Virus record (IMG/VR): IMGVR_UViG_3300042505_000848 | Strand: one strand, 5' to 3' | From: an uncultured virus (IMG/VR IMGVR_UViG_3300042505_000848) | Taxonomy: Duplodnaviria; Heunggongvirae; Uroviricota; Caudoviricetes | Length of the DNA: 56,047 bases | Shown: positions 9,169 through 15,911 of the stretch, piece after piece | Position numbering within the stretch: position 1 is the first letter of the stretch | How the letters are laid out: each line of letters begins with the position of its first letter | The notes under the pieces: generated by a model | What the model was told of the DNA's origin: nothing | What the model saw: only the letters and a program-made list of their open reading frames with translations | The model's database searches: none | Position numbers and translations under genes: made by a program

Positions 9169-9459
9169 TTTTCTTCCTTTTTCAAACAACAATGACGGGT
9201 CCATGAAAGGTCAAGTAATAGACCGGACAATAGACAATGAAGATTTGTATTCTTCGTTGACAATGTGCAATATACAATACACAGAGGTCTATATATTTCC
9301 GATTAACAAATGACATTCTATTAGGAATCGGATCACATAAACACGTTCCAATTTCAAGTTGGATTGTAAGTTTGGAGTAAGCATGAAGCTCACGCCTTTG
9401 TGTCTATTCTCGTCTACCCTTCACTTCACCGGTTGAAACATTTCTGTTCCAACAAAACT

Positions 9460-9488
9460 ATTATAACATTCTTTTAAGTGTGTGTCAA
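9460..9488 (-). promoter_or_regulatory. Sigma70 promoter giving a ~285-nt leader
   Basis: TTGACA-17-(TGT)TATAAT. Confidence 0.85.
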
Positions 9489-9495
9489 CATGTTT

Positions 9496-9569
9496 TGGTG
9501 CCCCTTGACAGAATCGAACTGCCAATTGATGATTACAAATCAACTGTTATACCATTTAACTAAAAGGGC
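9496..9569 (-). tRNA. tRNA-Thr(TGT)
   Basis: Loop TTTGTAA; CCA. Confidence 0.9.
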
Positions 9570-9585
9570 CTACTACTACTTATCT

Positions 9586-9660
9586 TGGTGGAGGATGGGA
9601 GGATCGAACTCCCGACTGAAGCTTGCAAAGCTACCGTGTTCCCAGCTATACCAATCCCCC
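9586..9660 (-). tRNA. tRNA-Ala(TGC)
   Basis: G3:U70; loop TTTGCAA. Confidence 0.93.
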
Positions 9661-9662
9661 GA

Positions 9663-9878
9663 TTAATCCCTAGTTGATGCTGTGCCAGTGGGATTCTTAG
9701 TGTATCCACCTGGACCAGCAGGTCTCTTTTCTCTCTTGGGCTGAACAGCTGCACATAGCTCAGCATCGATCATTGCACGTTTCCATGCACCTCGCTTGTG
9801 CGGATCTAAAACTCCACTCAGTGCTAGACTTGCTTTAGTCATTGAACTCATTCTATAATTTGGACCTGGTTTCATCAT
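9663..9878 (-). CDS. Small basic hypothetical protein
   Basis: AAGGA RBS; 71 aa, K/R-rich. Confidence 0.65.
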   Translation of the reverse strand: MMKPGPNYRMSSMTKASLALSGVLDPHKRGAWKRAMIDAELCAAVQPKREKRPAGPGGYTKNPTGTASTRD

Positions 9879-9896
9879 TTTTCCTTTTTTAAAATC

Positions 9897-10100
9897 TGGT
9901 TGCTCTGCATCCCCCGGCGGTAATTATATCGCATCAGGCACCGGGAACCCCCAATACCATCACACACGACCTCCACCCGCTCCCCGACAGGGACCGTTCT
10001 CGCATTGCTAGCGGCCTTTCGGTTCGAAGACTACCACCCGTAGCTGTCACGCTACTTCTCATCGTGTGGGTCACACTATCCGGAGACACCCGGAACGTTC
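9897..10100 (-). ncRNA. Candidate ~200-nt structured ncRNA abutting the tRNA-Ser CCA
   Basis: GC-rich; helices TCCGG/CCGGA, CACACGA/TCGTGTG, GTAGC/GCTAC, CC-GAAA-GG, GGTATTGGG/CCCGGTGCC; ends ...GCAACCA. Confidence 0.6.
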
Positions 10101-10188
10101 TGGCGGAGCATGTAGGAATCGAACCTACTCACCCATTGCTGAATGACAGATTAGCAATCTGTTGCCTTAACCGGTCGGCCAATGCTCC
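10101..10188 (-). tRNA. tRNA-Ser(GCT)
   Basis: Loop TTGCTAA; long V arm; G73. Confidence 0.92.
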
Positions 10189-10196
10189 GTATTACT

Positions 10197-10272
10197 TGGT
10201 GGGTCGTGACAGTCTCGAACTGCCGACATTCTGCGTGTAAGGCAGACGCTCTACCAACTGAGCTAACGACCC
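10197..10272 (-). tRNA. tRNA-Val(TAC)
   Basis: Loop CTTACAC. Confidence 0.93.
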
Positions 10273-10274
10273 TG

Positions 10275-10443
10275 ACCATTAAAAAATAACATTACACCTT
10301 ATAGGATGAGACAAATTTCTGAGTGGAGTTCGATTCTCCTCATAAGCCATTGTCCACGGTTATGTCAGAGGAGTAAGATGGCCCTATTCCTCATGAGATT
10401 GTGCGTCCACAAACGATACCCGCTAATGCTATTTTTTAATGGT
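10275..10443 (-). ncRNA. Stem-enclosed small RNA, antisense to the 5' leader at 41241-41357
   Basis: 20-bp terminal stem (10275-10294 with 10424-10443); 10393-10409 is the exact reverse complement of 41251-41267. Confidence 0.7.
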
Positions 10444-10522
10444 GCCCTAGGACGGACTCGAACCGTCACGCTTGCGCACTGGCTTCTAAGACCAGCGTGT
10501 CTACCAATTCCACCACCAGGGC
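10440..10522 (-). tRNA. tRNA-Leu(TAG)
   Basis: Loop CTTAGAA; V arm. Confidence 0.92.
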
Positions 10523-10577
10523 AAAAAATTTACATTTAATTTTTAATGAACGTTTAACTAATTTCTCAGTATGTTAT

Positions 10578-10606
10578 ATTGTAACATCGTTGTTGCATAC
10601 TGTCAA
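10578..10606 (-). promoter_or_regulatory. Internal sigma70 promoter in the tRNA array
   Basis: TTGACA-17-TACAAT. Confidence 0.75.
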
Positions 10607-10614
10607 CCTTTATC

Positions 10615-10689
10615 TGGCACCGCCTACAGGAATCGAACCCATATTCAAGAGGTAGAAGCTCTTTGTATTATCCATTATACTAAAGCGGT
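10615..10689 (-). tRNA. tRNA-Arg(TCT)
   Basis: Loop CTTCTAC. Confidence 0.88.
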
Positions 10690-10690
10690 A

Positions 10691-10774
10691 TGGTGCGAGA
10701 AACGGGACTCGAACCCGTATGCCTTGCGGCGGCAGATTTTAAGTCTGCTGTGTATACCATTCCACCACTCTCGC
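10691..10774 (-). tRNA. tRNA-Leu(TAA)
   Basis: Loop CTTAAAA; V arm. Confidence 0.92.
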
Positions 10775-10782
10775 ATTTATAT

Positions 10783-10858
10783 TGGTGCTACCTCTAGGAA
10801 TCGAACCTAGTTCAACGGTTCTTCAGACCGCCGCTATGACCACATCAGCTAAAGTAGC
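10783..10858 (-). tRNA. tRNA-Phe(GAA)
   Basis: Loop CTGAAGA. Confidence 0.92.
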
Positions 10859-10860
10859 AT

Positions 10861-10952
10861 TGGTGCCTCCGCCGGGAGTCGAACCCAGATGAACCAATTA
10901 TCTGTTGCTTACGGGATATAAATCCGCCGTTTTACCATTAAACTACAGAGGC
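10861..10952 (-). tRNA. tRNA with TAT anticodon (nominally Ile) and an atypical long variable arm
   Basis: 92 nt; loop TTTATAT; ~22-nt V region; intact acceptor stem, T arm and CCA. Confidence 0.75.
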
Positions 10953-11002
10953 AAAAGAAAAACTTTACAGCATCAACTATGTTAAACGAGTAAAGCCATG
11001 TT

Positions 11003-11076
11003 TGGGGTGAAAGCGGGAATCGAACCCTGCCTTACTGTTTCACAGACAGCCGTGCAGCCATTACACTACTAACACC
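11003..11076 (-). tRNA. tRNA-His(GTG)
   Basis: Loop CTGTGAA; G-1:C73. Confidence 0.9.
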
Positions 11077-11082
11077 ATTGTT

Positions 11083-11157
11083 TGGCCGGTCCGGAGAGAT
11101 TCGAACTCCCGACAGCTGGTTTCGAAGACCAGAACTCTTCCACTGAGCTACGGACCG
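11083..11157 (-). tRNA. tRNA-Arg(TCG)
   Basis: Loop CTTCGAA. Confidence 0.9.
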
Positions 11158-11163
11158 ATTGAT

Positions 11164-11237
11164 TGGCAGAGGGTAAAGGAATCGAACCTTTAATGACGGA
11201 ATCAAAATCCGTAGTTATACCATTTAACTAACCCCCA
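11164..11237 (-). tRNA. tRNA-Gln(TTG)
   Basis: Loop TTTTGAT; G73. Confidence 0.9.
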
Positions 11238-11243
11238 ACAATT

Positions 11244-11319
11244 TGGTGGTAATAGTTGGACTCGAACCAACGATAGGCTGCGTATGAAGCAACTGCATTA
11301 GCCACTATGCTATATTACC
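11244..11319 (-). tRNA. tRNA(CAT), elongator Met (or Ile2)
   Basis: Loop TTCATAC; G1-C72 paired. Confidence 0.85.
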
Positions 11320-11413
11320 ATATAGAAACACACTTGGAACTTTCTCATTGAACGGATGGTGTTCTGTCCTTACTATCTAGACTACGTCTAGAATCAAGTA
11401 TGTTTTTATATGG
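11318..11413 (-). ncRNA. Stem-enclosed inter-tRNA RNA cassette
   Basis: CCATATAAAAACATACTTG/CAAGTGTGTTTCTATATGG stem enclosing TCTAGAC/GTCTAGA and GAAC/GTTC hairpins. Confidence 0.5.
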
Positions 11414-11484
11414 TAGGGGCACAGAGAATCGAACTCTGATTTACTGGTTAAAAGCCAGTTACTTTACCATTAAGTTATACCCCC
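11411..11484 (-). tRNA. tRNA-Lys(TTT)
   Basis: Loop CTTTTAA. Confidence 0.9.
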
Positions 11485-11611
11485 AACTGTTTATGACATT
11501 TGTCACTGTCCATAACAGGATCTCCTATTTTAAATTTTTGTCGATAAAATATATCAATACTACCAGCATGAGTAAAACTGCAACCGCCCCATTTTGTTTT
11601 CTCCTTATAAG

Positions 11612-11685
11612 TGGTGCCCAGAACAAGAATCGAACTTGTAATAATCGCTTATCAAGCGACCGTTATACCATTTAACTATCCGGGC
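11612..11685 (-). tRNA. tRNA-Ile(GAT)
   Basis: Loop TTGATAA. Confidence 0.88.
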
Positions 11686-11689
11686 AATT

Positions 11690-11779
11690 TGGCGGAAGTA
11701 GTAGGATTCGAACCCACGGCCCCTTTCGGAACTTCAGTTTTCAAGACTGCTGCCTTAAACCATGCTCAGCCATACTTCC
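11690..11779 (-). tRNA. tRNA-Ser(TGA)
   Basis: Loop CTTGAAA; V arm. Confidence 0.92.
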
Positions 11780-11784
11780 ATAAT

Positions 11785-11865
11785 TGGTACCCCGGGCGGG
11801 AGTTGAACCCGCATTTAAATTTCTCTTTTTGAGAGAGACGACTTTGCCAATTTGTCTACCGGGGC
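11785..11865 (-). tRNA. tRNA-Leu(CAA)
   Basis: Loop CTCAAAA. Confidence 0.88.
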
Positions 11866-11871
11866 GTTGTT

Positions 11872-11948
11872 TGGAATAGCGGGTGGGATTCGAACCCACG
11901 AACAACAGTTTTGCAGACTGCGCCATTAGGCCTCTCTGGCACCGCTAT
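11872..11948 (-). tRNA. tRNA-Cys(GCA)
   Basis: Loop CTGCAAA; U73. Confidence 0.88.
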
Positions 11949-11964
11949 ATAGAATAAATATCGA

Positions 11965-12909
11965 ATGCTTATAAAATTACAATTTTCTCACGACAGTTGC
12001 TTGACTATCAAATTGTTTGATAATTCTGCAGCTCGCAAGTGGTTTTCTTTTTATTCACTTAAAAATAACAATAAATCAGTTCCAATAAATTTCAATGATA
12101 ATTATAATCACATAAACTATTTTAAGAAACGTAAAAATCGATATGAAAACCAGATTGCTGAAGAATGGGAAAAAATACATCGGAGTCTTAACAATCTCAA
12201 AGATCTGGGATACATTTCAAATATAGAATTGCCAGCGATGTTTGATTATCAACAAAGTCGACTTAATCTACTGCACAGATTTTTTACCACAAATGCTATA
12301 TGGGATCATAAATTCAATGATAAACGTATTCATAAGCCAAATCCCATTGACAGTAATTTTTACACTACGGTAGAAAATCGTCAACATTTTAAAAACTGCA
12401 TTGAACAGATCAATGCATCAGTGCATTTTCTCGAAAGTTTTACAGACCCGGAGAACAGAAAAATATTAGATACTCTGCCGTTGAATTCTATAATTATTAT
12501 ATCACAGAATAATATAGCTAATCACGACACCTGGTGCCAATTTTCTCATGATGAACAACAAGAAAATTACAAATATCTGCAATATCTTGAATGCAATCAA
12601 CCATTGGTATTATTAGATAACTCTATCACTGGTAAAAGCTATCTACAAAATTTTCTAGAGAACGATGATCCTACCAACGAAGACTGCACAGGACGAGAAG
12701 GTTCGCACGGTAATCTCATTATTGATACCAACGATAATAGACAAAAAATATATTCCAGCGACAAGTTCCAAGCCTGGGCAGATCACTACGGGTTAAAAAA
12801 CATACCATATGAATTTGCTATCGGTTCTGTTATAGACTGTGACTACAGTGAAATGCACAAATTTCAGAACTGTTCTCAAACTAGACTAACATATCATTCA
12901 ACACTCTAA
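11965..12909 (+). CDS. Hypothetical protein inserted antisense within the tRNA array
   Basis: 314-aa AT-rich ORF; TAAATA 4 nt before the ATG; LNLLHRFF and INASVHFLE His motifs. Confidence 0.8.
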   Translation: MLIKLQFSHDSCLTIKLFDNSAARKWFSFYSLKNNNKSVPINFNDNYNHINYFKKRKNRYENQIAEEWEKIHRSLNNLKDLGYISNIELPAMFDYQQSRLNLLHRFFTTNAIWDHKFNDKRIHKPNPIDSNFYTTVENRQHFKNCIEQINASVHFLESFTDPENRKILDTLPLNSIIIISQNNIANHDTWCQFSHDEQQENYKYLQYLECNQPLVLLDNSITGKSYLQNFLENDDPTNEDCTGREGSHGNLIIDTNDNRQKIYSSDKFQAWADHYGLKNIPYEFAIGSVIDCDYSEMHKFQNCSQTRLTYHSTL

Positions 12910-12912
12910 TAC

Positions 12913-12986
12913 TGGAGCGGGATAGGAGAATCGAACTCCTAACTAAACCTTGGCAAGGTTTCGTTTGACCATTAAACTAATCCCGC
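12913..12986 (-). tRNA. tRNA-Gly(GCC)
   Basis: Loop TTGCCAA. Confidence 0.92.
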
Positions 12987-12991
12987 ATATA

Positions 12992-13066
12992 TGGAAGACC
13001 GTAGGGGAGTCGAACCCCTCTTACCAGGATGAAAACCTAGTGTCCTAACCGATAGACGAACGGTCC
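12992..13066 (-). tRNA. tRNA-Glu(TTC)
   Basis: Loop TTTTCAT. Confidence 0.9.
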
Positions 13067-13074
13067 ATAAAACT

Positions 13075-13148
13075 TGGCGTACCTCCAGGGACTCGAACCC
13101 CGACGAACAGTTTTGGAGACTGTGATGCTGCCATTACATTAGAGATAC
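13075..13148 (-). tRNA. tRNA-Trp(CCA)
   Basis: Loop CTCCAAA. Confidence 0.9.
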
Positions 13149-13153
13149 ATTAT

Positions 13154-13232
13154 TGGCTCCGAGTAAGAGGATCGAACTCTTCTAACCAGTGATTAACAGT
13201 CACGCCCATGCACCTTGCTCGGGTTTCTCGGA
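13154..13232 (-). tRNA. tRNA-Asn(GTT)
   Basis: Loop CTGTTAA; TCC 5' end. Confidence 0.9.
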
Positions 13233-13239
13233 ATAAAAT

Positions 13240-13314
13240 TGGCGGTCTGTGGGGGAATCGAACCCCCGTAAGCGGATAGACAATCCGCAGTAATAACCTC
13301 TATACGAACAGACC
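13240..13314 (-). tRNA. tRNA-Asp(GTC)
   Basis: Loop TTGTCTA. Confidence 0.9.
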
Positions 13315-13319
13315 AAATT

Positions 13320-13403
13320 TGGTGGAGACGGCTGGAGTCGAACCAACAGTGCCGAAGCGGCGGATTTACAGTCCACTGGGGATACCAATTTTCCTACATC
13401 TCC
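13320..13403 (-). tRNA. tRNA-Tyr(GTA)
   Basis: Loop CTGTAAA; V arm. Confidence 0.92.
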
Positions 13404-13404
13404 A

Positions 13405-13585
13405 AAACACACTCTTGCGAATGTGTGTATTAAAGAGCACAGTCTGCGACATCTCAGTCCAGGCCAGTTCTATGCTCTTTAATACGAACTAATTTTTCCT
13501 CCCACACAAGGGATTCCATCCTAGTCGCCGCCCGTTCGTCCATGTTTAAAGTGCAGACTGGGACCTCGTTTCCCTTAACACTTTT
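13405..13585 (-). ncRNA. Candidate structured RNA at the head of the tRNA array
   Basis: 13-bp GTATTAAAGAGCA/TGCTCTTTAATAC stem whose loop GCAGACTG complements upstream CAGTCTGC. Confidence 0.45.
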
Positions 13586-13589
13586 GCTA

Positions 13590-13763
13590 TTAGTTTACAC
13601 TATACATTGGCGCTTGAGCCAATGCTTCGCGATAAATCCTAGCTCTTTCAAACTTATCTTGAATAAGTTTCTGAAGCTGCTCTTGAGTCATTTCTCCAAA
13701 AGCAGTTTCATAAGCCTGTTCAACGATTCGTTCGTTTAATTTTTCGTAATCTATCTGTTCCAT
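13590..13763 (-). CDS. Small helical hypothetical protein, 57 aa (MEQIDYEKLNER...)
   Basis: Translated by hand; AAAGGA RBS directly after the attenuator. Confidence 0.7.
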   Translation of the reverse strand: MEQIDYEKLNERIVEQAYETAFGEMTQEQLQKLIQDKFERARIYREALAQAPMYSVN

Positions 13764-13774
13764 TTTTTCCTTTA

Positions 13775-13810
13775 TAAAAACAAAAACCCCAGGGTGTTTA
13801 ATCCTGGGGT
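13775..13810 (-). terminator. Attenuator terminator
   Basis: ACCCCAGG/CCTGGGGT hairpin followed by TTTTGTTTTT. Confidence 0.9.
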
Positions 13811-13862
13811 CCTTTGAAGTTTAAGTGTATTTTATGTTTACACTAACATCTCCACGGACCCC
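13806..13862 (-). promoter_or_regulatory. Anti-terminator helix, mutually exclusive with the terminator
   Basis: GGGGTCC/GGACCCC closing TGGAG/CTTCA and AGTGTA/TACACT stems. Confidence 0.75.
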
Positions 13863-13981
13863 GGCTCTAGCTCTGGTGTGCGATCATATGATAGACTATT
13901 AATCGATAACCAGCAAGAGGCCATTACGCCTACCTGTTTGGGTATTGAATTAAAATGACTAAAAGATGATCTGAGTTTCAT
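13838..13981 (-). CDS. Leader peptide, 47 aa, containing all 20 amino acids
   Basis: MKLRSSFSHFNSIPKQVGVMASCWLSINSLSYDRTPELEPGSVEMLV; stop codon lies inside the anti-terminator. Confidence 0.7.
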   Translation of the reverse strand: MKLRSSFSHFNSIPKQVGVMASCWLSINSLSYDRTPELEPGSVEMLV

Positions 13982-14037
13982 GTTCTTTCTCTTTGTTCCT
14001 TGATTTACACGACAGCATTTCTGCTGTCTATGTATTA

Positions 14038-14152
14038 ATTATACAGTTATTTAGTCTTGCTGTCAACCTCTATTTGCACATTTGGCAAAATAAATTTTGA
14101 CGCCTTCCTAACCAACTGTATGTATTGTAATGTCTTTTTATTTATATGTCAA
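14038..14152 (-). promoter_or_regulatory. Tandem sigma70 promoters with embedded TAAATA late motifs for the tRNA operon
   Basis: TTGACA-17-TATAAT (14038-14066); TTGACA-17-TACAAT (14124-14152); TAAATA at 14048-14053 and 14139-14144. Confidence 0.8.
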
Positions 14153-14191
14153 TAGAAATATAGCCACTTTATGTGGCTTTTTTGCCACAGT

Positions 14192-14458
14192 TTATTCTGT
14201 GTCAGAGATGCCAGTCTCACTTGAGATCAACAGGTGCTTGCCAATCTCAAACAGGCCTATACTGCCAGGTAGGTCCAAGGCACACACATGTATCTGTGTG
14301 ATACCATCTTCGTCTATGCTGGCTGCTACAAACTCTGCAATCTCTCCACTCTGAACCATCAACCGCATGGCGTCGATGACATCAAGGAGGTCCTGTTTGC
14401 GTTTGGCCTCAGCTTCTAGTTTTCCACCCAATACAACTACTTTGGAATCTGTTTTCAT
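14192..14458 (-). CDS. Hypothetical protein
   Basis: AAGGA RBS; follows the ClpP-like gene. Confidence 0.7.
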   Translation of the reverse strand: MKTDSKVVVLGGKLEAEAKRKQDLLDVIDAMRLMVQSGEIAEFVAASIDEDGITQIHVCALDLPGSIGLFEIGKHLLISSETGISDTE

Positions 14459-14465
14459 ATCGTCC

Positions 14466-15041
14466 TTATTCTAAAATATGATCAGCTATGCCTAGGTCCA
14501 ACACTTCCTGTGCTGTGAGATAGACATCTGATGGTGGCAGTAATTTTTTCTTGATCACCGATGGAGCAAGCCCAGTGGCTTCTTTAAGAATATTGATCAT
14601 CTTATCATTGCAGATATCATTTTCCTTCATGGTGGCTTTCAGATCATGATATTTGTTTTCCATGTTTTCGGAAAATTGGTGACACATGAAACTGGTGTTT
14701 TTGGCAGCATATCTTTGTCCTTGATCTGCGGCAGCAAAAATTAAAAAAGCAGCACTCATCACTGAGCCTATGCCAACACAACGTACAATATGAGGGCTGG
14801 CTCTCATGATATCTATCAGCCCAAAGGCCTGGTAGAGATCACCGCCTGTAGAGTTGATATACAAAGTAAGGATTTTCTCTTTGCTGACATCGAGATTTTC
14901 GCAGATCAGCCACTTTACTGCAGGACCAATACTGTCTTCATCAATTTCGCCGTTGAGGAAATATGTGTTGTTTTCCAACAGTTTGAGATCAATCCGATCC
15001 TCGGCATTAAAATCTTCCAGTTTTCTCACTTTTTGCTCCAT
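14466..15041 (-). CDS. clpP: ClpP-like protease subunit
   Basis: LYINSTGG, VMSAA (catalytic Ser), FMCHQ (His), DVYLTAQEVLDLGIADHI. Confidence 0.85.
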   Translation of the reverse strand: MEQKVRKLEDFNAEDRIDLKLLENNTYFLNGEIDEDSIGPAVKWLICENLDVSKEKILTLYINSTGGDLYQAFGLIDIMRASPHIVRCVGIGSVMSAAFLIFAAADQGQRYAAKNTSFMCHQFSENMENKYHDLKATMKENDICNDKMINILKEATGLAPSVIKKKLLPPSDVYLTAQEVLDLGIADHILE

Positions 15042-15086
15042 GATATACTCTTACTTATGCTTTATAATATTATACTTTAATTACAA

Positions 15087-15470
15087 TCACAAACCAAAGA
15101 ATATCCACCAAATCAGCATGATATAGGTGAGTTGGTGTGCCAATTGATCAGCACCAAACCATACCCAAAAAGCACGATCTTGTGGTGTCAGCTTGGCGTG
15201 AGCATTGATCTTGGTTTTGGCCCAATCTATGTGATAGTGCAGTAGAAAATCAAAAAATGCAGCTACCAGCCCGATGATTGGGTGCAACCATACAAATGCC
15301 AATAGTGTACCAGCACTGTGCCAAAGACTGTGATATATGCCATGCCTGGCACCGTAGATGCCTTTTTCATGAATCATGCGGGGAGTCTGCAAGACAAAGT
15401 CTGCTAGAAAATGTTTGATCTGCAGAACTACAAATACCAGCAGTAGTGTGTCTAGGTCTGAGAGTGCCAT
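15087..15470 (-). CDS. DUF3307-like membrane protein
   Basis: KHFLADFVLQ, HSLWH, HYHIDWAK, DQLAH. Confidence 0.8.
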   Translation of the reverse strand: MALSDLDTLLLVFVVLQIKHFLADFVLQTPRMIHEKGIYGARHGIYHSLWHSAGTLLAFVWLHPIIGLVAAFFDFLLHYHIDWAKTKINAHAKLTPQDRAFWVWFGADQLAHQLTYIMLIWWIFFGL

Positions 15471-15721
15471 TTACCTTCGCTCCAGTGTCTTGAATCGTAG
15501 ATGTTAAAATCCACATTGATTCCAAGCAGTCCTAGACACAGTCGCATACCGCTATGGCTTTGTCTTGTGGTAATATCAACGGCAATATCAACAACGTCTG
15601 CACTGAAGTATACCTGCAGTTCCCAGAACTTGAAAGGCATTGGCAATGATCCGACCCAACATCGAATATTACGAAATCGATTTACTCCAGGTAATCGGAT
15701 ATTGAAATTAAAATTAATCAT
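15452..15721 (-). CDS. Hypothetical protein
   Basis: Overlapping operon ORF. Confidence 0.6.
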   Translation of the reverse strand: MINFNFNIRLPGVNRFRNIRCWVGSLPMPFKFWELQVYFSADVVDIAVDITTRQSHSGMRLCLGLLGINVDFNIYDSRHWSEGKWHSQT

Positions 15722-15903
15722 TCCGGCAATGATCTAAATCTGCTCAAAAAACTTTCCTCGTAACAACTGTATTCACGATTGTTATCTTCGGGTGCATTTT
15801 CTTTGATATAATGAACCCAAGTGTGATCTTCAATTTCGATTACATGAATCACTCGAAATATATGATCCCCGTTACTCACCCATTTAGATCCTTGTTTAAT
15901 CAT
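15718..15903 (-). CDS. Hypothetical protein
   Basis: GGAGAG RBS. Confidence 0.65.
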   Translation of the reverse strand: MIKQGSKWVSNGDHIFRVIHVIEIEDHTWVHYIKENAPEDNNREYSCYEESFLSRFRSLPE

Positions 15904-15911
15904 ACGCTCTC

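Noticed and set aside
9897..10100. RNase P, SRP or 6S RNA
   Set aside because: Lacks GAGGAAAGUCC, the SRP domain IV motif and the 6S rod shape
10275..10443. Box C/D or TIGR-like guide array (UGAGGA twice, CUGA)
   Set aside because: No regular repeat periodicity and no Nop-domain gene seen; the UGAGGA copies are hairpin stems
7037..13739. ORF-track calls overlapping tRNAs or the leader (e.g. 8026, 9478, 9560, 10306, 10571, 11400, 11611, 11741, 13200, 13542)
   Set aside because: They overlap tRNA or ncRNA genes, or lie antisense without an RBS
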